From positions 1,190 through 65,189 of the forward strand of contig SUWN01000005.1 of NCBI GenBank assembly GCA_015061465.1: a DNA stretch of 64,000 nt, read 5' to 3'. This DNA comes from Treponema bryantii. Lineage in GTDB: Bacteria; Spirochaetota; Spirochaetia; Treponematales; Treponemataceae. A program made the translations under genes and the position numbers. The notes beneath the pieces are model-generated. The model saw only the letters and a list, made by a program, of their open reading frames with translations, ran no database searches and had not been told where the DNA came from. This document shows, piece after piece, positions 41,519 to 52,600 of the stretch (its first letter is position 1; each line of letters opens with the position of its first letter).

Positions 41519-41597
41519 AATGACCTCTCATTTTTAAATTACTTTTTTGAATGCATTCTTTATTCAAATAAAATAAAAAATAAATGAAACGTCAAAT

Positions 41598-41636
41598 AAA
41601 AAAAAAGAGCCAAAACTTAAAGTTTTTGGCTCTTTT
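41598..41636 (-). terminator. Intrinsic terminator downstream of groES
   Basis: aaaagagccaaaa...ttttggctctttt stem with a long U-tract on the minus strand. Confidence 0.85.
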
Positions 41637-41658
41637 AAAATCCACAAAAAAATGGTTT

Positions 41659-41931
41659 TTATTCAATAATTGCAACGATGTCGTTCATTTTTAAGATGAG
41701 ATGATCTTCACCATCGATTTTTACTGGAGTACCAGAGTATTTATCATACATAATGCGGTCTCCTTCTTTTACTGTGATTTTTACTTCATCAGTACCAGGC
41801 CCGATAGCTACTACAGTTGCAGTTTGAGTTTTTTCTTGAGCAGCTTCTGGAATAATAATTCCACTCATTGTTTTTGTTTCTGCTTTGTCATTTTTTACAA
41901 GAACTCTGTCTGCTAATGGTTTTAATTTCAT
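41659..41931 (-). CDS. groES: Co-chaperonin GroES (stand-alone)
   Basis: [29 protein letters not shown]; GAGG SD. Confidence 0.96.
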   Translation of the reverse strand: MKLKPLADRVLVKNDKAETKTMSGIIIPEAAQEKTQTATVVAIGPGTDEVKITVKEGDRIMYDKYSGTPVKIDGEDHLILKMNDIVAIIE

Positions 41932-42002
41932 ATTTCGCCTCAATAAAATTTAATTTTGTTTATATAAATATAAGAAAAAAAAGACAAATCGTCTAGTTTT
42001 TT

Positions 42003-42992
42003 CTAATCTTTTTGTGTTTGTGTGTGAATCCAAGTAAGTTCATGTTTGTTGTAATTAAGATGAACAATTACGCTATCAGGAATTTCTTCAAATTCTTTTA
42101 TTAGATTCCAGTCGATTTCACCTTGCATTTTTATTGTACAAATCATATTTTTTGTCATTCCACTTTCAAGCCATTCTTTTATCCATTTTAAAAGTCGCTC
42201 TGGATAACAAATTACATCGCTAAAAACCCAATCAACTGGTCCAATTTCTGTTGGTTTTAGAGTAAACGCGTCGTGAGCCTGAAATTTTACAAGAGGATTT
42301 TTCATCAACTCTGGGGCAAGTTCTGCTCTATCAACTGCGTGAACAAAAGCGCCCAATTCTACTAAAACCCAAGTCCAACCGCCCGGACACGCGCCTGCTT
42401 CAAAACATTTGCTTCCGTGAGTTGGTAACTCTGTTCCATTTAATAGCGACGCCATTGTAAGACTTTCTTGAATCTTTAAATAAGCGCGACTTGGTGGATT
42501 TTCGTGGTCTTCTACAAAACGCAATGTTCCTGCTGGCAAAAAACTTGTTGTTTCTGCGCTGGCAATAATTGTGTGTTCATCAATCAAAGTAAAAAGACCG
42601 ATTTGCGATGACGGAATTTTTACCGGAAATTTTCTGTCTTTTAAATTGATGTAAGGTAATTTTTCTTGAATTAAAGACGCGCGTCTAAAACATTTGAATT
42701 GATAAGGCGCCCAATTTCTGATGATTGATTTTAGATGATTTGCCGCTTCGCTAATGGAATCAAATTTTAGGATGAATGGATTGAGCATCACAGTTCTTGC
42801 CCAATAAGGATATTTTCCGCCCGATTTTTCTAAAAAAGAATCTTTATTGCTAAAATAAATTAGTTCTCCAAAAAACGATTCTGGTTTTTCACAAAAATCA
42901 AAACGAGAAGATAATTCCGAAATTAATAATTCAGTTTGTTCAGGAAATGCCAAAAACGCAATTCCCGATAATTGTTCCACATTAATTGCCAT
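42003..42992 (-). CDS. SAM-dependent rRNA methyltransferase (RlmM/FtsJ-like)
   Basis: PPSRAYLK, EAGACPGGWTW, AVDRA, SDVICYP, CTIKM. Confidence 0.82.
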   Translation of the reverse strand: MAINVEQLSGIAFLAFPEQTELLISELSSRFDFCEKPESFFGELIYFSNKDSFLEKSGGKYPYWARTVMLNPFILKFDSISEAANHLKSIIRNWAPYQFKCFRRASLIQEKLPYINLKDRKFPVKIPSSQIGLFTLIDEHTIIASAETTSFLPAGTLRFVEDHENPPSRAYLKIQESLTMASLLNGTELPTHGSKCFEAGACPGGWTWVLVELGAFVHAVDRAELAPELMKNPLVKFQAHDAFTLKPTEIGPVDWVFSDVICYPERLLKWIKEWLESGMTKNMICTIKMQGEIDWNLIKEFEEIPDSVIVHLNYNKHELTWIHTQTQKD

Positions 42993-43000
42993 GATTTTGC

Positions 43001-43357
43001 CTAAACGATTTCTGGAAAAGGTGATTCTGAAAGTTCTTGTAAACTTGAAATAAATTCATTTAATCTGACAGCATCTGGAGAATACAAAATCTTTAAGCCT
43101 ATTTGAGTTGTATTTTTGTATTCCTTTACCCATTGAGGTTTACATAAAAGCTGTAACGGAGATTCTTCTGGAGAACGTGATAAAGAAATTTTTACATCGA
43201 ATTCAGATTCTAAATCCACAACAACATTCACTGGAAAATGAACTTTACAACCTGTTGCACTTATATTATCAAGAATTCCAGGCAAAGCACACAATTCAGG
43301 AGAAATAACACGTCCAATTTCTTCATAACGCACGTTTTGTCTATTTTCTTCGTCCAT
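43001..43357 (-). CDS. PilZ domain protein
   Basis: RQNVR (RxxxR) and NISATG (D/NxSxxG) c-di-GMP motifs. Confidence 0.85.
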   Translation of the reverse strand: MDEENRQNVRYEEIGRVISPELCALPGILDNISATGCKVHFPVNVVVDLESEFDVKISLSRSPEESPLQLLCKPQWVKEYKNTTQIGLKILYSPDAVRLNEFISSLQELSESPFPEIV

Positions 43358-43438
43358 TTGTTCAGTATGAAGATTTATTTCATAAAAGTCAATTCAACCA
43401 TATATATAAATTAAACAGTTTCTTTCTGAACATCGAGC

Positions 43439-43569
43439 AAAAAATACTCCCGTGGATAACCGTACTTATGCTCCGCCGAGAGCCCTCGCGCTTTGCTTGT
43501 GTGTATATTGCGAACTTTCTTATCGGGCTCAATGCTTCGCAAAGCACGAACATCCACTCCGTATTTTTT
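43439..43569 (-). other. Long nested-hairpin intergenic element (MITE/REP-like or structured 3' element)
   Basis: aaaaaatac/gtatttttt, gtggat/atccac, cgtactt/aagcacg and gagccc/gggctc nested arms. Confidence 0.55.
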
Positions 43570-43621
43570 TATTCATTTTCAAAACAATTTAATTTTATCC
43601 ATTCCCAAGTCAATTTAAATA

Positions 43622-46600
43622 TTATTTTACTACGAGGACTTTTCGGGTTTCGTCGATGTTGTGGCCGAAGACTCGGATGAAATACATTCCTCTGGCTACT
43701 GGTTTGCCGGAATTGTTTGTTCCGTCCCATGTGAATTGATATTCGCCAGAATCTAAAGAACCGCGGTTTAAGTATTTTACGATATTTCCGTCTAATGTCA
43801 TTACTAGAATATTAACGCGCGCTTTTTGTGCTAAATCTAGTTTTAAGATTGCTTTGTCGCCCAAAAGTGGATTTATTACGTTATTTAAGATTGTTACGCC
43901 ACCTCTTTGTAAAGAAATTGAATCTAATTTGAGTGACCATAAATCAAATGATTTTACATCTTCTTTGTTATCCAAACGTAGAGCAAACAATGGGAATTTC
44001 TGGCCCAAATCATACATTTTTGTAGAATAATTGTAAGCAGGATAATGATTTACTGTCAAATATTCAGAATTTGCGTCTTTTAATGCAAAGAGGAACGACA
44101 AAGATGTCACATCTGGAATTTGTTCTTTTAAAATATCAAATGTGATTGAATCATTTTCTTTTTCTGACTGAACAAATTGAACTGAGGAATTATTTTCTTT
44201 TGACCAAGAATCAAACTTCAAGCTTTCAAAACCTGGAATTTCTGCAAGCCAAATGCGACTATCTTTTTTTGTCCATTCATTATAGAACGAAGCCACACTT
44301 TCTTTTTCTGGTGAACTTGAGAAAATCATTTGAGTATCTGCAATACTTTCTGCCAAAATTGTTCCGTTGAAAGTAATGTCGTGATTTAGTAATAATGTAC
44401 CAAAGTTTGCTTGTGTTCTGCTCCAATCGTGAACAACGCGGCTTTTTTGCTCTTTAGTTGTATCTAAATTTTCACTCGCACTTGGATTAACAGTATCGCT
44501 ATTATATGCGTAATTCAAATTAAGAACATCAACTGCAAAATCACTGATTGGATGTGCCATATATTGCATCATGTAGTTACCTTTATCATCCTGAATTAAA
44601 GTAACATTTGCATTATGAGAACCAGTTACAACATCAACTGTATTATCCAAACCTTTTGCAACACGAATATATATTTGTTGAATTTGTTCAAACTTAAGTT
44701 TTTGATTCAACTTAAGAACAATTTCTGTGTGAGCATCAAAAACTTTTCGTTCTTTTATTGATTCAACTTTCAAATCTTCAATTGTTTGCCAATGTCCCTC
44801 AACAATATGTCCGAATTCAAATACATTTGAAATATTTTCCATTAAATTATAAGTTTTAAATGAATTATCAGAAAGCTTTACTTCAAAATCTGCAAAATTA
44901 ATTTGTTCAGAAAAAAGCATATAAAGTTCATCACTATTGTGAGGGACTACGTTTATTGCAAAAGAAGGAGGAGTAACATCATAAGAAGAAATTTCTTGTA
45001 CGTCTTTTAATTTATTTCCTGCAAGATCCGTTACAACAAGTGTATCTGTTGATTTATAACTAACAGAGAAAGTTGTTTTTAATGGCAAACCGATTTCTGT
45101 AATTCCAAGCGCAAAATACAAACTATCCGCACCATTTGAAATTCGTGTTTTGTCGTGTGATGAACTTTGGAATAAAGCAGCACTTACATTTGCATCAAAA
45201 GAAACAAATGATTTTGGTTCGATTTGCCCATATGAATATTCAAAATTTTCAAAAGTATTATAAACGCTTGATAAACGAATTCCTCCGGCTGTACGATTTT
45301 GTTCATCAGTAATAAATGGACGAGAACCACCAAAAATATCTGCGGCATAGGATTCTGGAATTTTAAGAACACCGGCTTGATTCAACCACCCTTCTCTTGT
45401 TTGCCAGACTGCACCGTCATAAACAGATGGATTATTTTCCAAATCGTTGTCAAAAAGGTGGAATTCGATATTTTTGATAAATCCATCTCCGTTTCCTACA
45501 AATTCGTACCAATCGGGTTGCTTATCTTCAGAAACGTGGAATGCAAAATTTGGTGAAGATAAATCCCACGTTCCAAAATCGCCAACAAAAGAACTGTCTA
45601 CAACTAATTTTGGTGCAGAAGTCCATTCTTCTTGATGATTCAATTGTAAATCTTGGATGAAAGGATTTTTGCCTTCTGAATCAAATTCTAAAGTCACATT
45701 TCCGCTTGGAATTTCAGCTTCTTCAATATAACCAATCCAGTTTTTGTATTCATTTGAGTTGTATTCAATTGTTCCTTTTGTAAGACCTGCAACGCTGAAT
45801 CTAAATGAATATTCATCTTTTCTGTAGAACGCGTTCACTTGATTGTCTGCAATTGTAGAATCTTTAGATTGTGTGAGTAACTTACCTTTTTGGAATGAAG
45901 CAAGCCCGTTGATTTTTAGAGTTCCGTTGGAATTATCAGTTTGTCCAAATTCTGAAGTTACAAGAATATTTTCATCAAGTGAAGAATATGCGTTACCTTT
46001 GAAAATAATTGGTTCTGAATATTCAAACTCAATAAAGTTGTGAGCATCGTAAGAAGGCTGGCTTGATTGCCCTATTGTTTCGTCATAAAGCTTGTGAACT
46101 TCTTGACCAGTTTTTACTTCTACCAAAACAGGTCCACAATTATCGCTTACATTTACAAACGAACTTCCATTAAAGAAGCGAGAACTTAAGTTTGCAAAAG
46201 GTTTGCCCCATTTATTTTTTACAATCACACCTTTTTCTTGTGTGTAGCGAGGAATATCAATTACAGGAATTGAATTATAATGAACATTATCGCTTGCTGT
46301 ACTTAAAACTTTACCTGCAAAACTTCCGCTTGCATCTGTATTCCATTTGGAAATTGCTTTTAAGAAGAAATAATATGAGTTTTCAGTTTGGTCAAAAGTT
46401 CCAATTTCATCTTCAAAAACTTGTGTACAATCTACGTCTGAATAAATTCCTTGGAAACTTCCGTTTAATTCATCATCAATAAGGAATTTAAATTCAGAAA
46501 GATTTTCATCGCTGATTTTTGCAAGAGGTTGGTTTACAAACACTTTTATTACATCATCCCGAACAGTTTGAGCTTTTAAGATAGTTGCGTCGTCAAAATC

Positions 46601-49600
46601 CCAACCCGAATTTTCACCTTTGTCTACACAACCAACCGCCATGATTTTTGCGTGAGTTTGATTTGGTTCAGTTTCACAATCTGCACACGAACAAATTGCT
46701 TTATTATTTGAAATTTCGCCATTAAATGATTGCGCAAACGGAGCAAAATTAATTGGTTTTTGAATAAAGATTTTTCCGCCAGAAATATCAATTCCGTTTG
46801 CATAGAAATTTTTACCCACAAAAATTGAAGCGTCATCTGCAAGCTGAACTTTTGTTCCAAGCAAAGTTGCATCCAAAATTTCAAATTCAACTTCGCCTTT
46901 ATAATCAAACAAATCTACGTTTGTAACGCTATCTTTTACGCTATATTTTTTACCAAGAAGAATTAAATCCCTTTGAGTTGTTAGAGTTTTGTTTATAAAT
47001 AAATCGCCACCTTTTAGAACAAAGTCTTTAGCGTTCAAATCGTTTGCAAGAGTAAGAATTCCGCTTGATTTTTCTACGTTGATTAAAGCGTAAGTTGTAG
47101 ATGGATTTGAATCAAAACTTTGGTCGTTTGCACCAACAAAATTAACAATTCCGATTTCTGCCCAAGTTCCGTTATCGGTGAGATTTCCGCCAACATTTGT
47201 AGTTGCGACGTTCATTGAGCCAGAGTTTGTAATGTTTTGTGTTACAATTATTGTTTTTGTTGAAAGAGTTCCGGCGTTTGTAAGATTTGTTCCGACTGTT
47301 ACGCTTCCGTTTGTTGCTGTAATTGTTGCGTTTTCTGCATTTGATAACTCTGCATTTGCTTTTACAGTTGGAGTTGTGATTTCACCAACGTTTGTAATAT
47401 TCTTTGCTTCAACCGATGTTGTCGCGTTGAGTTTTCTGTTGTTTGTCAAATCATTATTTACAAGAACTGTGTCACTTGTGATTTCACCAGCGTTCGTAAT
47501 ATTGTTTGCTTGTAGCGATGTTGTTGCGTTGAGGTTTCCGTCGTTTGTCAAATCACCAGTTGCAAGAACTGTGTCACTTGTGATTTCGCCAGAGGTTGTA
47601 AGATTTGTTCCGACTGTTACGCTTCCGTTTGTTGCTGTAATTGTTGAGTTTTCTGCATTTGTTAATTCTGCATTTGCTTTTACTGTCGGCGTTGTGATTT
47701 CACCAACGTTTGTAATATTGTTTGCTTCAACCGATGTTGTTGCGTTGAGGTTTCCGTTGTTTGTCAAATCACCAGTTGCAAGAACTGTTTCACTTGTGAT
47801 TTCGTGGTTGTTTGTAATATTTTGTGTTACAGTTATTGTTTTTGTTAAAAGGGTTCCGTCGTTTGTAAGATTTGCTCCGTGTAAAGTTTCAATTGTCAAA
47901 TTTCCACTTCCAATCAACAAATTGCCAATTTCATTTGTTGTTGATTCTGTACTTGGAAGTTTGATTGTTCCTTTTGTTTGAATATCGGCTTCGCTGTAAG
48001 TTGCCGAAGTTACAGAAATGTTTCCTTCAAGTATTGCAAAATCTTCTGTTGAAGAATCTGTTTTTTCAAAAGTTAAATCTGAAATTGTTGTTTCTTCTGC
48101 TTTTATTATTTTTAGAGTTGCACCTTCTTTTATATTTATTTTGTCAGAAGTTGGAACGTAATTTTCAATTGTTAAAATTCCGACATTTACAAAAATCGTT
48201 CCTTTATTTTCAAATGTTGTAACATTCACGCTTTCTTGAGTTGCAATTTGTCCCGCATTTTTTATAGTTTGAATTTCAGCTCCTTTATTTAATTCAACAG
48301 TTTTACCTTCTGGATTTTCTAACAAATTTATTGTGATTTCATCATCATTTTCTATCAAACTATTAAGCGCTGTTTGTAAAACATAAACTTCCAATGTTGA
48401 ACTGTTTTTTGAAGGAGCTTCTGCAAACTTTCCGTTTCCGTTTGGTCTTCGTGCCCAGTTTTTTACTTCAGCCCATTCTGTAGATTGATTTCCTGTCCAA
48501 TAATATAAATTGAAATTAAACCAACCGATTGTTGTACATTCTTCGTCAGAAAGCAAGTTTTCTTCGGCTTCGATGTAATTGAGTTCTTTTACACTTCCGT
48601 TTTCATCTACTGATTGAGATTTAGAAACTTCAACGTATTCAAAACTTTCAATCTCTGGTTTATTTTCAAAATAAACGTTCCAAAGTTTGTCGTCTGTAGA
48701 TGCAAGTTTTAATTTGCTATTTTGATTTCCTTTTGCTCCAACTAAGGTTGTGATTGTATATGTTTTTTCACCAGCAAATTTTACAAAGTTTTCGTATTCT
48801 GAAGAACTCATATCGATTGAAAGATTTTCGATTGTTGCTGAGTCTTCAAAAATCACATTTGAATTAATTTGCAAGTTTGTTACATTCAAAACGTTATTTA
48901 TTGTTAAAATTCCACCTGAATTTTCTACGTTGATTAAAGCGTAAGTTGAATTTGGGTTTGGTGTAAATTCTTGAGCATCTGTTCCGTTGAAATTAATTTC
49001 TGTAGAATCTGTTTGTTGCCAAGTTCCTGTATCGATAAGATTTCCGCCAACATTTGTAGTAGCAACGTTCATTGAACCGATGTTTGTCAAATCACCAGTT
49101 GCAAGAACTATGTCACTTGTGATTTCGCCAGAGTTTGTAAGATTTGTTCCGACTGTTATACTTCCGTTTGTTGCTGTAATTGTTGCATTTTCTGCGTTTG
49201 TCAAATCTGCATTTACAATTACTGTCGGCGTTGTGATTTCACCAGAGTTTACAATATTGTTTGCTTCAACCGATGTTGTTGCGTTGAGTATTCCGTCGTT
49301 TGTCAAATCACCAGTTACTAGAACTGTGTCACTTGTGATTTCGCCAGAGTTTGTAAGATTTGTTGCTTCAACCGATGTTGTTGCGTTGAGTGTTCCGTTG
49401 TTTGTCAAACCACCAGTTGCAAGAACTGTGTCGCTTGTGATTTCTCCTGCGTTTGTAATATTTTGTGTTACAGTTATTGTTTTTGTTGAAAGAGTTCCGT
49501 CGTTTGTAAGATTTGCTCCTACTGTTATACTTCCATTTGTTGCTGTAATTGTTGCGTTTTCTGCGTTTGATAACTCTGCATTTGCTTTTACAGTTGGAGT

Positions 49601-52600
49601 TGTGATTTCACCAACGTTTGTAATATTCTTTGCTTCAACGGAAGTTGTCGCGTTGAGGTTTCCGTTGTTTGTCAAATCACCAGTTGCTAGAACTGTGTCA
49701 CTTGTGATTTCACCAGAGTTTGTAAGATTTGCTCCTACTGTTACGTTTCCATTTGTTGCTGTAATTGTTGCGTTTTCTGCGTTTGATAATTCTGCGGTTG
49801 TTTTTACAGTTGGAGTTGTGATTTCGCCAGAGTTTACAATATTCTTTGCTTGTACCGAAGTTGTTGCGTTCAGAGTTCCGTTGTTTGTAATATTTGCTGC
49901 GTGTAAAGTTTCAATTGTCAATTTTCCACTTTCAATTAACAAATTGCCAATTTCATTTGTTGTTGATTCTGTACTTGGAAGTTTGATTGTCCCGTTTCCA
50001 CTTGTTTTAATATCTACAGATTCGTCATTTATTTTGTAAACAGTAGTAGAAATTGTCAAATTTCCATTTGTAGAAATTGTTGCAAAATCTGTTTCTGGTG
50101 TTTTTACAAATTCAATTTTTGCAATTGTTGAAGTCGCACTTTCTTCATTTTCAATTGTTAGAGTTCCGCCTTCTGATAAAATAACTTTTCTGTCACTTGT
50201 TCCAAAAGGTGAACTTGTTGAATAAGTATTTGCACTTAAAGAAATTCCTTGTGGAATTTGGATAACGTAATCATTTATAAGATTACCAAAAATTGTTACG
50301 TTTGTATTACAAATTAAAGTTTCTTTGTTTGTTAAACTTCCTGTTTGTAAACTTCCTCCGTTTAACGAAGAAAGTGTAACTGTACTTACTGCCGATTGAT
50401 TTTCAATTTCTAAGTGTTTAAAACTAACATTTCCGTTTAATTCAACAGAAGTAATATTTCCTTTTAAGTATATTTCTCCAGCTTTTTGATTCTCTCTTGT
50501 TTTAAAAATTGCTGAATTTATTTCATCATAATTTGTGATGTAAATTTTGTCAGAATTGTTATCGTCATTTGTGTAAGTTGTTTCAGAAAAATCTACATTG
50601 CCCACTAAATTTAGAGTTCCACTGTTTTGAATTGTGCTGTTTGCAAAGTTTGTTTCAAAATCGATTTGCACAGTTCCTGCGTTTATAAGTGTTCCGAGAT
50701 TTGTATAAGTTTCTGTAATTTGCAAACTTCCATTATTGTTTACAGAAAGAGTTGCGCCTTCTTTTATTTCAAGAGATTTAATTTTTGTTGTTTCAGAAAG
50801 AATAGGGAAATTTGTAATATTTTCTGAAGGAATGATTACAACCGCATCTTCATCTGCTAAAGGTGCTTCTCCAAATTCCCAGTTGTTGTCAGTTTCCCAA
50901 ACGTTTGAAACACTACCTTTCCATATATATTCAGTATTGATTTCTTCCCAGCCATCTGGAAGTGCATTTACATATTCAACTTTTGCTACAAGACCTGTTC
51001 CGTTTGCAATTTTTGGATTTTCACCATCGAATTTTATATATTGCCCAACATTAAATCTTCCGTAATTTGAATATTGAATCTCACCACTGTTGGCAATTGT
51101 GATTTTTAATGAATCGTTTTGCCCAGAAATCTTCATTGAATCAACAATGAGCTTATTTGTTATCGTAAGTGTTTTTGCCTCATTAGGATTTGTCATTAAA
51201 GATTGAGTTGCAATAAATTCTCCAATTCTTAAATCGCCAGTCAAAGTTGAAGAATCCAAAAGTGTCAATTTATTTATTTTTACAGTACCACCGTTATTTG
51301 TAAAATGGCCCGAAAGATTGATGTTTACACTTCCAGTTGAAGAATTTAATTTTGTTACTGTAACATTATTTGCGTTCAACTCTCCATTAAAAGTACAATC
51401 TTCTGCAACAAAATCGCCAGTTGTAATAGTTCCGTTGATTTCAGAAGTTACATCGCCACTAGAACGTATTTCTGTCGCTGTAGAAATTGTTCCACCTTTT
51501 GCAAAAGTGATTTTTCCAGAATTTTCAGTTGTAAGAGATTGAATTTGAACACTTTCATTAAATGTTGTTTGAGTTGCGTTTGTAATTGTTAAAGTTTGAT
51601 TACAAGTTACATTGCCCGCAAAAGTTGTATTTTCTGTATTTGTTAGATTTACAAAATTTGCAACAACTTCGCCAAAATTATTTTCTGGACTTTCTAAATT
51701 AAGTGTTCCAACTTGCAAAGGATTTGTTGTTGCTGTAAATGTTCCACTTGTTTTTCTTACGTTGATTTCGTAATAAACTATTTGGTTATTACTAGTAGGT
51801 AAGAATTCCTGATTATTTTCACCGATAAAATTGATAGTTGATACAACGAAAGAATCATTATCTATAAAGTCTCCACTCACATTTGCAGTTTCAACGTTCA
51901 TTTCCTTATTATTTTCTACATTTTTTACAGTAAGAGTTTTTGCTTTTGTACTTCCATTATTTTGTAAATTTTCTGAAACAGTAATTGTTCCATTTTCTAC
52001 ATTTAAAGTTGTAGTTTCTTTTGTTGTAATATTTTCTGCGTGTAAAGTTTCAATTGTTAATTCTCCAGTTTCAATTGTTAATTCTCCACTTTCAATTAAC
52101 AAATTGCCAATTTCATTTGTTGTCGATTCTGTACTTGGAAGAGTAATATTTCCGACTGTTTTGATGTCGCCACTGTTATAAGTTGCGCTAGAAATTGTCA
52201 AATTTTCATTTGTAGAAATTGTCGCGAAATCTGTTTCGTCTGTTGTTTGAATCACTAAATTTGGATTTTCCGTAGCATTTTCAATTGTTAAAGTTGCACC
52301 TTCTTGCAAATAAATTGTGCCTGTACCAGCGTAATTTGTGATTGTAAGATTTGAGCCTTTGAACAAATAAATGTCACCAGTTCCATTAAAAGCTGTGATT
52401 GTTGTATTTGTTCCGTCATAAACACAAATAGCCCCAGTTCCCTCGTAAGTTGGTACCTTCAAAGTTCCGTTTCGTACATTGAGCACACCATCATTTGTAA
52501 GAGTTTCTATTGTAAGTGTGTCTGTAATATTAAAATCAAATCCACCTTGTTGAATTGTCAAACTTGGCAAAGTATAAGATGAATCAACATAAAAAGCATT

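Noticed and set aside
41546-41568. Inverted repeat tttgaat-N9-attcaaa upstream of the sugar ABC operon
   Set aside because: Short and AT-rich, with no adjacent regulator or second copy to support an operator call.
41659-41931. groES without groEL
   Set aside because: Separation of groES and groEL is already known in spirochetes.
47176-49990. Repeat blocks considered as a CRISPR array or DGR template/variable repeats
   Set aside because: Units are in-frame coding repeats without unique spacers, there are no cas or reverse transcriptase genes in the window, and differences are not obviously adenine-specific.
47178-50039. Long plus-strand ORFs (267 aa and 350 aa) opposite the giant gene
   Set aside because: Antisense shadows of the Thr/Asn-rich repeats (V/F/S/P-rich, same codon phase), with no SD or recognisable domain.
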